IMG/VR virus record: IMGVR_UViG_2617270990_000009
DNA: 5,574 nucleotides
Origin: a virus
Taxonomy: Duplodnaviria > Heunggongvirae > Uroviricota > Caudoviricetes
Reading direction: 5' to 3' (one strand)
How positions within the stretch are numbered: the stretch's first letter is position 1; every line of letters starts with the position of its first letter. Of this stretch, positions 1-5,574 are shown piece by piece. Under the pieces are notes generated by a model. The model was given only the letters and a program-made list of their open reading frames with translations, was not told the DNA's origin and did no database searches. Both the position numbers and the translations under genes were made by a program.

Positions 1-325
1 ATTTTTTCCAGAGGCGGTCGAACTCCGCCTTCGCAAAATAAGCGGAAGCCTGGCGAAGGATATCGTTACTGCGGCGCAGTTCACGATTTTCACGTTCCAG
101 CTCTTTCAGACGCTGACGTTCAGCGCTGGTGAGCCCACCATCACCGCCCCCGGTATCCCGCTCATGCTGGCGAACCCAGACACGCAGAGTCTCCGGCGTA
201 CAGCCAATCTTTGGGGCAATGGAACAAATTGCCGCCCACTGTGAGTCATATTCATCCTGACTTTCCAGAACCATACGAATCGCCCGCTGACGGACTTCGG
301 GGGAAAAACGAGTATTTTTAGTCAT
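1..325 (-). CDS. IS3-family transposase OrfA (HTH DNA-binding subunit), cut at window edge just at its stop codon
   Basis: ATG at 323..325 on the minus strand; translation identical to the 108-aa OrfA of the second copy ([22 protein letters not shown]...). RBS AGGTAAACAGG upstream. Confidence 0.85.
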   Translation of the reverse strand, partial: MTKNTRFSPEVRQRAIRMVLESQDEYDSQWAAICSIAPKIGCTPETLRVWVRQHERDTGGGDGGLTSAERQRLKELERENRELRRSNDILRQASAYFAKAEFDRLWKK

Positions 326-379
326 CCTGTTTACCTCTTTCTCAGGGAGTTTAGTCTCCAGGATTTCCGGGGCGGTTCA
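1..379 (-). mobile_element. IS3-family insertion sequence (IS629-like), partial copy A; left-end terminus at 379, remainder lies beyond window start
   Basis: Reverse complement of 1..379 is base-for-base identical to 4284..4662 of the second copy as far as I can read (position x pairs with 4663-x). Terminus reads TGAACCGCCCCGG, which I recall as the IS629/IS1203 end. Confidence 0.9.
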
Positions 380-791
380 CTCCGGCATCTTTTTTATTGG
401 TTTGGGGGAGTGGATTAATTACCCTCTCAAGGTGAGATTTATTGGTCCTGGAGTTTGGACTCGTGGATATAATCGTTCTTCGTGCGCACTCGGTATCATC
501 TTCGACATACTTGGTTGTTTCCTGATTGTTACAGGAGTCGTCAAGTTCTTCTGATGTAAAACCGCAAATGGGGCACGTAACGGGAATTTTGAAAAGCGTT
601 TCTCCGGGTTCCAGAACAAAATTTTCTGCGGTCTGATTTTGCTTCTCATATTTGTGCTCCGCGTCATTGTGAGAGCACATTCTTATTCTGAGTGCCTGTT
701 TAAACTCACTGAAGCTGAGAGCTTCTTCGCCTTCGGCAAGGCCTTCGAAGTATTCTTCGTAAGCCTTTTCCATGATTGTGTCGAAATCCAT
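351..791 (-). CDS. ydfB/ydfC-like protein of the dicB-operon region (Cys-rich, CPICG...C...C); 3' end chimeric, last ~9 codons and stop lie inside the IS terminus, so native C-terminus is probably lost
   Basis: Minus-strand ORF; likely start is [17 protein letters not shown] at 789..791, one base after the ydfA-like stop, with AGGTGA RBS. The six-frame ORF extends to 833 but that overlaps ydfA. The reading frame crosses the IS boundary at 379/380. From memory it resembles K-12 YdfB plus YdfC, which I cannot verify. Confidence 0.5.
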   Translation of the reverse strand: MDFDTIMEKAYEEYFEGLAEGEEALSFSEFKQALRIRMCSHNDAEHKYEKQNQTAENFVLEPGETLFKIPVTCPICGFTSEELDDSCNNQETTKYVEDDTECARRTIISTSPNSRTNKSHLERVINPLPQTNKKDAGVNRPGNPGD

Positions 792-792
792 A

Positions 793-948
793 TCACTCAC
801 CTGAGTTTCTTTCCAGCCAGCGACGGGCACCATTTTCGGTTTTAAACGTTTTGCTTTTGGTATACGTCATCGCGGTGAACGTGCCGTCCTGATTGGGGAA
901 CACGCCACATACCAGAGATTCGCTGTTGCCAAGATCGATAGTATCCAT
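793..948 (-). CDS. ydfA: YdfA-like small protein (51 aa, DUF1391-type), first gene of the dicB-type operon
   Basis: ATG at 946..948 (minus) preceded by GAGGT RBS; translation MDTIDLGNSESLVCGVFPNQDGTFTAMTYTKSKTFKTENGARRWLERNSGE. Sits downstream of dicA on the same strand, as in K-12 Qin. Confidence 0.6.
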   Translation of the reverse strand: MDTIDLGNSESLVCGVFPNQDGTFTAMTYTKSKTFKTENGARRWLERNSGE

Positions 949-1025
949 GCTGACCTCATTTCCCCTTAACGCCGGGGTGGCGGAACTGTTTGCTGAGAAC
1001 ACCGTGCGGTGTGTTGATGTAAACA

Positions 1026-1054
1026 AGATTAGTCATAACTAACATATTGGTCAA
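1026..1054 (-). promoter_or_regulatory. Putative sigma70 promoter for the ydfA operon (dicBp-like): -35 TTGACC, 17-bp spacer, -10 TAATCT (minus-strand reading)
   Basis: Reverse complement of 1049..1054 is TTGACC and of 1026..1031 is TAATCT, with a 17-nt spacer; an operator-like site overlaps the spacer and -10. Confidence 0.35.
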
Positions 1055-1080
1055 GTGATTTTGTATGTTATGGCTAACAT
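1029..1080. promoter_or_regulatory. Two operator-like imperfect palindromes with CTAACA half-sites (TTAGTCATAACTAACA at 1029..1044; TGTTATGGCTAACA at 1066..1079), candidate DicA/DicC binding sites
   Basis: They share the TGTTAG/CTAACA half-site with the palindrome in the dicA-dicC intergenic region. Confidence 0.4.
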
Positions 1081-1114
1081 AATTGATATAATAAAAGATA
1101 ACTCATTGATGATG

Positions 1115-1522
1115 TTATCTTTTATTTGTCCGCTGACGGGCTTTTAGTAATTCTTCAAAGAGTTTATTGAAATTTTTTACTCGAGCTCGCATTTCGGCGA
1201 GCTGGGTATCCTGTTCTGATTCTGGCAGTGCATTAAACAGCTCAAGGAGCTCTAGTTCTTTGGGGGCTAAGGCAACCGGCTTCTCAACAGGTGGTGTTGG
1301 TTGCTTGTCTTCATCGCCAAATAGAATCCATGTTGGTGAGCATTGCAATACTTTGCTGAGGGCAAAAAGGTTCTTCCCTGTAGGTTCACTATCATCCCGT
1401 TCCCATTGTGATACAGACACATGGGAGATTTTCAGGGCTTTAGCAAGAGACCTTTGGGTGTGTTTGAGGTTTTTCCGACGATACCTAATGCGTTCGCCGA
1501 TGGTTAAATTTTTTGTATCCAT
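1115..1522 (-). CDS. dicA: DicA, P22 C2-like HTH_XRE repressor of the cell-division-inhibition operon (prophage immunity repressor)
   Basis: 135-aa ORF MDTKNLTIGERIRYRRKNLKHTQRSLAKALKISHVSVSQWERDDSEPTGKNLFALSKVLQCSPTWILFGDE..., recognised as near-identical to E. coli K-12 DicA from memory. Divergent from a Cro-like gene. Confidence 0.9.
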   Translation of the reverse strand: MDTKNLTIGERIRYRRKNLKHTQRSLAKALKISHVSVSQWERDDSEPTGKNLFALSKVLQCSPTWILFGDEDKQPTPPVEKPVALAPKELELLELFNALPESEQDTQLAEMRARVKNFNKLFEELLKARQRTNKR

Positions 1523-1524
1523 AG

Positions 1525-1538
1525 TTAGCTAATGCTAA
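1525..1538. promoter_or_regulatory. Short inverted repeat TTAGC-TAAT-GCTAA next to the dicA start; possible operator half-site pair
   Basis: Seen directly in sequence; lies 3 bp upstream of the dicA ATG on the minus strand. Confidence 0.25.
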
Positions 1539-1544
1539 ATCGTA

Positions 1545-1573
1545 TTGACTATGTTTTTGTTAACATCTATTTT
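1545..1573 (+). promoter_or_regulatory. Putative dicC promoter: -35 TTGACT (1545..1550), 17-bp spacer, -10 TATTTT (1568..1573)
   Basis: Consensus-like hexamers at the correct spacing, about 30 nt upstream of the dicC ATG. Confidence 0.4.
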
Positions 1574-1590
1574 GTTAGCCATGACTAACA
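1573..1590. promoter_or_regulatory. 18-bp near-perfect palindrome TGTTAGCCATGACTAACA, candidate DicA/DicC operator overlapping the -10 and start region of the dicC promoter
   Basis: Reverse complement is TGTTAGTCATGGCTAACA, so 16 of 18 positions are symmetric. Related sites are at 1029..1044 and 1066..1079. Confidence 0.45.
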
Positions 1591-1605
1591 TCTAAGGTGT
1601 TTTAA

Positions 1606-1836
1606 ATGCTTAAAACTGACGCTCTTTTGTATTTCGGTTCAAAAACAAAACTTGCACAAGCAGCAGGTATTCGTTTGGCTTCGCTTTATAGCTGGAAAGG
1701 GGATTTAGTTCCCGAAGGTCGCGCGATGCGTCTACAGGAGGCATCTGGCGGGGAGCTTCAGTATGATCCCAAAGTTTATGACGAATATCGTAAGACGAAG
1801 CGGGCGGGGCGGTTGAACAATGAAAATCACTCCTGA
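1606..1836 (+). CDS. dicC: DicC, Cro-like small DNA-binding regulator
   Basis: 76-aa ORF MLKTDALLYFGSKTKLAQAAGIRLASLYSWKGDLVPEGRAMRLQEASGGELQYDPKVYDEYRKTKRAGRLNNENHS matching K-12 DicC from memory; AAGGTG RBS 6 nt upstream; divergent from dicA. Confidence 0.88.
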   Translation: MLKTDALLYFGSKTKLAQAAGIRLASLYSWKGDLVPEGRAMRLQEASGGELQYDPKVYDEYRKTKRAGRLNNENHS

Positions 1837-2341
1837 ACAGGCTCGTGAGGCTCTGGATGCCTGGATATGTCGACCAGGAATGACACAGGAGCAGGCGACG
1901 ATATTAATCACTGAAGCATTCTGGGCTTTGAAAGAGCGCCCGAACATCGATGTTCAGCGTGTCACATATGAAGGTGGCGCGGTTGATCAGCGAGCGCTTA
2001 GCGTTAATCGAGTGAAGATATTTGAACGCTGGAAGGCTATCGACACCAGGGATAAGCGTGAAAAGTTCACAGCGCTAGTGCCTGCAATTATGGAGGCTAT
2101 CCGGATTAGTGATTTCAGGTTGTATCGTGAAATTAGTGACGGAAAGAGCATTACGTACATGATCGCTGGGTTAAATAAAGAATATGGCGATGTGGTGGAG
2201 TCCGGACTGCTTTTTGCAGATCCTGCCGTTGTAGATCGTGAAACTGACGAACTTATAGAAAAAGCAATTGCTTTCAAGCTTGCGTATCGACAGCAATACC
2301 AACAAAAAGCTGGATGGAATTATGAGCCTTCTTTTTGCTGA
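1820..2341 (+). CDS. YdaT-like protein (proposed functional analogue of lambda CII in Rac/CP-933-type prophages)
   Basis: 173-aa ORF whose ATG overlaps the dicC stop by 17 nt. The internal motif KREKFTALVPAIMEAI resembles what I recall of Rac YdaT; position immediately after the cro-like gene fits. Family assignment is from memory. Confidence 0.55.
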   Translation: MKITPEQAREALDAWICRPGMTQEQATILITEAFWALKERPNIDVQRVTYEGGAVDQRALSVNRVKIFERWKAIDTRDKREKFTALVPAIMEAIRISDFRLYREISDGKSITYMIAGLNKEYGDVVESGLLFADPAVVDRETDELIEKAIAFKLAYRQQYQQKAGWNYEPSFC

Positions 2342-3287
2342 ACGCCCACTGGTTATAAACACACAGCTTGCGATGAAGATTGGCTTAAACGAAGCCATTG
2401 TGTTGCAGCAACTGCATTACTGGTTGAGAGATACCAATTCCGGCATGGAATGTGATGGTGTTCGCTGGATTTACAACACAACGGAACAATGGCTGGCGCA
2501 GTTCCCGTTCTGGTCAGAGTCAACGTTAAAGCGCGCGTTTGCAAGTCTGAAAACGCTGGGGCTTTTGCGTTGCGAAAAGCTCAATAAATCAAAGCGCGAC
2601 ATGACCAATTTCTACACGATCAACTATGGGAGCGATCTTTTAGATGGTGGCAAATTGAGCGAATCCATCAGTTCAAAATGCGTCGCTCCATCAGGTCAAA
2701 ATGACATGATGGAAGAGGTCAAAATGAAACGCTCCATTGGTTCAAAACGACCCAATGTCATCGGGTCAAAATGGCCCGATGATCCTACAGAGAATACAAC
2801 AGAGATTACTACAGAGAATAAAAACACTTTTCGTCCGGAAGCTTTGCAACCGGACCAGCAGACGGCTGAACAGGATTTTTTAATCCGGCACCCTGACGCA
2901 GTTGTGTTTAGTGCGAAAAAACGGCAGTGGGGTAGCAGGGAGGATTTGGCGTGTGCGCAGTGGATCTGGGGGCGGATCGTGGGTCTCTACGAACAGGCCG
3001 CCAGTGATGATGGCGAGATCATGCGACCAAAAGAGCCTAACTGGACTGCCTGGGCCAATGACGTGCGCACAATGCGGATGCTGGATGGCAGAAGCCACAG
3101 ACAAATTTGCGAAATGTTTGGTCGGGTACAGCGAGATCCATTCTGGGTCAAAAACATCATGAGTCCGTCAAAGCTTCGCGAAAAATGGGATGAGCTGGTT
3201 ATTCGCCTGGGGCGTTCGCCAATAAAGCGTTGTGTGAATCATATTTCTGAACCGGATACCGAAATTCCGCCTGGTTTCAGGGGATAA
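2322..3287 (+). CDS. Phage replication initiator, lambda O-like (N-terminal winged-helix iteron-binding domain, linker containing the origin repeats, C-terminal DnaT-like domain)
   Basis: Long ORF; preferred start ATG 2322 (MSLLFAERPLVINTQLAMKIGLNEAIVLQQLHYWL...) overlapping the upstream gene by 20 nt. The six-frame ORF begins at 2268. Iteron array lies inside the coding sequence, as in lambda O. Confidence 0.7.
   Translation: MSLLFAERPLVINTQLAMKIGLNEAIVLQQLHYWLRDTNSGMECDGVRWIYNTTEQWLAQFPFWSESTLKRAFASLKTLGLLRCEKLNKSKRDMTNFYTINYGSDLLDGGKLSESISSKCVAPSGQNDMMEEVKMKRSIGSKRPNVIGSKWPDDPTENTTEITTENKNTFRPEALQPDQQTAEQDFLIRHPDAVVFSAKKRQWGSREDLACAQWIWGRIVGLYEQAASDDGEIMRPKEPNWTAWANDVRTMRMLDGRSHRQICEMFGRVQRDPFWVKNIMSPSKLREKWDELVIRLGRSPIKRCVNHISEPDTEIPPGFRG
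2664..2780. repeat. Origin-like iteron array: five direct repeats with core G(G/T)TCAAAA(T/C)G at ~23-bp spacing
   Basis: TCAAAA cores at 2673, 2696, 2719, 2742 and 2767; units 1 and 2 also share the TCCATCAG prefix. Located in the linker-coding part of the O-like gene. Confidence 0.6.
2787..2822. repeat. Three in-frame 12-bp tandem repeats ACAGAGA(A/T)TA.. (AT-rich), encoding TENT-TEIT-TENK; candidate DNA-unwinding element next to the iterons
   Basis: ACAGAGAATACA / ACAGAGATTACT / ACAGAGAATAAA read directly from the sequence, immediately 3' of the iteron array. Confidence 0.7.
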
Positions 3288-3327
3288 GTGTTGATTTCAG
3301 GTCATGAGGTAATTTTAAGGGGGACTT

Positions 3328-3756
3328 GTGGCAAAAGTTTTTACACAAGAAGAGCGGGAAAAAATTAAAGGGCAGGTGGTGGAACTCGTGCGCCAGAGCG
3401 GTCGTGAGACGTTACGGCAACTGGAAGCCAAGACAGGTGCGACAAGATATCTGATGAGCGCTCTTGCCAGAGAGCTGGTTGCCAGTGGCGATGTATACAA
3501 CTCTGGTTACGGGTTATTCCCGTCTGAACAGGCCCGTAAGGACTGGCAAAACGCCCGCAAAAAACTCTCGAGGGCAAAGGTGAAGAAACCCGCTGCGGTT
3601 GATCCAGACCTTATCTGGTCATTAGCTGACGGAGAAATACGTCGTTACGACAGACATCATAATATAATTTGTAGTGAGTGCCGTAAAAGCGAAGTTATGC
3701 AGCGTATATTGTCTTTTTATCAGGGAAATGTTCGATATTTATTGAAGTATCAATAA
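3328..3756 (+). CDS. Hypothetical 142-aa protein (possible winged-helix N-terminus; HH..C..C cluster near C-terminus); function unknown
   Basis: GTG start at 3328 preceded by a strong SD (TAAGGGGGA); ORF uninterrupted. I do not recognise a family. Confidence 0.55.
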   Translation: MAKVFTQEEREKIKGQVVELVRQSGRETLRQLEAKTGATRYLMSALARELVASGDVYNSGYGLFPSEQARKDWQNARKKLSRAKVKKPAAVDPDLIWSLADGEIRRYDRHHNIICSECRKSEVMQRILSFYQGNVRYLLKYQ

Positions 3757-3851
3757 CCTATTTAAACATTCCTTAAACTCAGAGTAGACTGGGTTAACAA
3801 TCTGTTTCAATTGCAAATTGACAATCTATAGCCAGCGCGACGGGAGTGTTC

Positions 3852-4283
3852 ATGTTTAGTCAGGTTGACATCGGTAGTTTCGGTAGTTTTACGGACCTCA
3901 GTTGGAAAAATAGCCTTAAGGATGCAGGTAACAATGTCCAGAATTTCAAGAGGCTTAACATCCTCTACGGACGGAACTACTCTGGTAAAACTACACTCTC
4001 ACGAATTTTCCGCGCTTTGGAAACGGGGCGCATTCCACATAACTACGTGGACCCAAATTTTACTATTCGTGGTGACAAAGGTGATGTGACACAGGTAGGT
4101 CTTGCTGGTCATGGCTACGATGTTCGCGTCTACAACCGGGATTTTGTGAGCGATAACCTAAACTTCTTGGTCAATCAGACCGACGGCGAGATCAAGACGT
4201 TTGCTATCGTTGGTGAAAAGAATAAAGAAATCGAAGATGCCATTACCGCAATTCAAACTAGGTTAGGCAGTGTTGAATCGAAG
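3852..4283 (+). pseudogene. N-terminal fragment (144 codons) of a P-loop ATPase (Walker A GRNYSGKTT; resembles AAA_13 / RloC-PrrC-like or related defence ATPases), truncated by the IS insertion
   Basis: ATG 3852 with GGGAG RBS 5 nt upstream (GTG 3846 also in frame). Motifs NILYGRNYSGKTTLSRIF and VRVYNRDFVSDNLNFL. Reading frame terminates on TGA at 4284..4286, which is the first three bases of the IS terminus. Proteins of this type are normally several hundred aa. Confidence 0.65.
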
Positions 4284-4337
4284 TGAACCGCCCCGGAAAT
4301 CCTGGAGACTAAACTCCCTGAGAAAGAGGTAAACAGG

Positions 4338-4664
4338 ATGACTAAAAATACTCGTTTTTCCCCCGAAGTCCGTCAGCGGGCGATTCGTATGGTTCTGGAA
4401 AGTCAGGATGAATATGACTCACAGTGGGCGGCAATTTGTTCCATTGCCCCAAAGATTGGCTGTACGCCGGAGACTCTGCGTGTCTGGGTTCGCCAGCATG
4501 AGCGGGATACCGGGGGCGGTGATGGTGGGCTCACCAGCGCTGAACGTCAGCGTCTGAAAGAGCTGGAACGTGAAAATCGTGAACTGCGCCGCAGTAACGA
4601 TATCCTTCGCCAGGCTTCCGCTTATTTTGCGAAGGCGGAGTTCGACCGCCTCTGGAAAAAATGA
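4338..4664 (+). CDS. IS3-family transposase OrfA (HTH subunit)
   Basis: 108-aa [33 protein letters not shown]... with leucine-zipper-like C-terminus; GAGG RBS upstream. Confidence 0.9.
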   Translation: MTKNTRFSPEVRQRAIRMVLESQDEYDSQWAAICSIAPKIGCTPETLRVWVRQHERDTGGGDGGLTSAERQRLKELERENRELRRSNDILRQASAYFAKAEFDRLWKK

Positions 4665-5551
4665 TGCCACTGCTGGATAAGCTGCGTGAGCAGTACGGGG
4701 TCGGACCGGTATGCAGCGAACTGCATATTGCCCCGTCAACGTATTACCATTGTCAGCAACAGCGACATCATCCGGATAAACGCAGTGCCCGTGCGCAGCA
4801 CGACGACTGGCTGAAGAGAGAGATACAGCGCGTATACGATGAAAATCATCAGGTGTACGGTGTGCGTAAAGTCTGGCGTCAGTTGTTACGGGAAGGAATC
4901 AGGGTGGCCAGATGTACAGTGGCACGTCTCATGGCGGTTATGGGACTTGCCGGTGTTCTCCGGGGTAAAAAGGTCCGTACGACCATCAGCCGGAAAGCCG
5001 TTGCCGCAGGCGACCGCGTAAACCGTCAGTTCGTGGCAGAACGACCTGACCAGCTGTGGGTGGCTGATTTTACTTACGTCAGCACATGGCAGGGCTTCGT
5101 CTATGTGGCGTTTATCATTGATGTGTTTGCCGGATACATCGTGGGGTGGCGGGTCTCATCGTCTATGGAAACGACATTCGTGCTGGATGCGCTGGAGCAG
5201 GCGTTGTGGGCCCGTCGTCCGTCTGGCACCATCCATCACAGCGATAAAGGCTCTCAGTATGTGTCACTGGCCTATACGGAGCGACTAAAAGAAGCCGGAT
5301 TACTGGCATCAACAGGGAGTACAGGCGACTCGTATGACAACGCGATGGCTGAGAGCATCAATGGTCTTTACAAAGCGGAGGTAATACACCGTAAGAGCTG
5401 GAAAAACCGTGCAGAAGTGGAACTGGCCACACTAACGTGGGTGGACTGGTATAACAATCGACGATTGCTGGGAAGGCTGGGCCATACTCCTCCGGCAGAA
5501 GCAGAAAAAGCTTATTATGCTTCCATCGGAAACGATGATCTGGCAGCCTGA
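4661..5551 (+). CDS. IS3-family transposase OrfB (DDE catalytic domain), expressed as an OrfAB fusion by -1 frameshifting
   Basis: 296-aa ORF in -1 frame relative to orfA, overlapping it by 4 nt (ATGA); DDE-type motifs ([24 protein letters not shown]). Confidence 0.9.
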   Translation: MMPLLDKLREQYGVGPVCSELHIAPSTYYHCQQQRHHPDKRSARAQHDDWLKREIQRVYDENHQVYGVRKVWRQLLREGIRVARCTVARLMAVMGLAGVLRGKKVRTTISRKAVAAGDRVNRQFVAERPDQLWVADFTYVSTWQGFVYVAFIIDVFAGYIVGWRVSSSMETTFVLDALEQALWARRPSGTIHHSDKGSQYVSLAYTERLKEAGLLASTGSTGDSYDNAMAESINGLYKAEVIHRKSWKNRAEVELATLTWVDWYNNRRLLGRLGHTPPAEAEKAYYASIGNDDLAA

Positions 5552-5574
5552 GTTCACAGATAAAACACTCTCCA

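Larger units (their letters stand above)
4284..5574 (+). mobile_element. IS3-family insertion sequence (IS629-like), copy B; left end at 4284, right inverted repeat extends past window end
   Basis: Terminus TGAACCGCCCCGG at 4284; orfA and orfB in -1 frame arrangement; window ends inside what I recall as the right-end region (GTTCACAGATAAAACACTCTCCA). Confidence 0.92.

Noticed and set aside
380-420. dicF sRNA next to the ydfC-like gene
   Set aside because: The region where dicF would lie is occupied by the IS and by coding sequence; nothing in the window reads as an intergenic structured RNA with its terminator.
419-845. ORFs 419..667 (-) and 639..845 (+)
   Set aside because: Overlap the ydfA and ydfB/C-like genes in alternative frames; no independent start signals.
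1093-1123. Inverted repeat AAAAGATAAC / GTTATCTTTT as a dicA terminator
   Set aside because: Stem is almost entirely A-T, overlaps the dicA stop codon, and lacks a clean U-tract on the minus strand; too weak to call.
1167-1532. 121-aa plus-strand ORF
   Set aside because: Lies entirely antisense to dicA, which is strongly recognisable; no RBS and low-complexity Ser/Leu-rich translation. Shadow ORF.
2268-2321. Upstream in-frame start at 2268 for the O-like gene
   Set aside because: Would overlap the YdaT-like gene by 74 nt and adds a non-conserved-looking N-terminus; ATG 2322 gives a typical short coupled overlap. Not excluded.
1732-2544. Minus-strand ORFs 1732..1947, 1987..2277, 2171..2398, 2353..2544
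   Set aside because: Antisense to the dicC/YdaT-like/O-like operon, which has coherent coupling and recognisable products; the translations look like low-complexity shadow ORFs.
2664-2780. Possible CRISPR array
   Set aside because: Repeats are only ~10 bp with ~13-bp intervening sequence, imperfect, and inside a coding region; this fits replication iterons, not CRISPR.
2880-3162. ORFs 2880..3104 (-) and 2902..3162 (+)
   Set aside because: Embedded in the C-terminal domain of the O-like gene in other frames; Gly/Pro/Arg-rich translations typical of off-frame reads of GC-rich coding DNA.
3315-3577. Minus-strand ORFs 3315..3500 and 3365..3577
   Set aside because: Antisense to orf142, which has a strong SD; no support.
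3757-3851. Independent promoter for the ATPase gene
   Set aside because: TTGACA at 3818..3823 has no acceptable -10 at 16-18 bp; other hexamer pairs are weak. The ATPase is more likely co-transcribed with orf142.
3872-3889. Tandem duplication CGGTAGTTT x2 (encodes GSFGSF)
   Set aside because: Only two copies, in frame within the ATPase N-terminus; probably a slippage duplication without regulatory meaning.
3865-4089. 74-aa plus-strand ORF inside the ATPase fragment
   Set aside because: Alternative frame of the ATPase gene, which carries the Walker A motif in the other frame.
4419-5288. ORFs 4419..4739 (-), 4839..5021 (+), 5103..5288 (+)
   Set aside because: Lie within the IS transposase genes in other frames; known IS3-family elements encode only OrfA and OrfB.

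Overview
This window appears to be the immunity/replication core of a Qin-like (dicA/dicC-type) lambdoid cryptic prophage from E. coli or Shigella, bracketed by two inverted copies of an IS3-family element that I recognise as IS629-like. All identifications are from reading the sequence and from memory of protein families; no database search was run. Leftward from the immunity region run dicA (P22 C2-like repressor), a ydfA-like small ORF and a continuous ydfB/ydfC-like ORF whose 3' end runs into IS copy A (1..379, minus). Rightward run dicC (Cro-like), a YdaT-like (CII-analogue) gene, and a lambda-O-like replication initiator carrying an internal origin-like array of five ~23-bp-spaced iterons followed by three 12-bp tandem repeats. 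Next come a 142-aa hypothetical protein and the N-terminal 144 codons of a P-loop ATPase that is cut by IS copy B (4284..window end), with the IS terminus TGA serving as its stop codon. No helicase-loader gene (P/DnaC-like) follows the initiator; the hypothetical protein plus ATPase sit there instead and look like an accessory, possibly anti-phage, module inactivated by the IS. This is the best candidate for something undescribed, but the ATPase family assignment is uncertain. No tRNA, rRNA or CRISPR array was seen.
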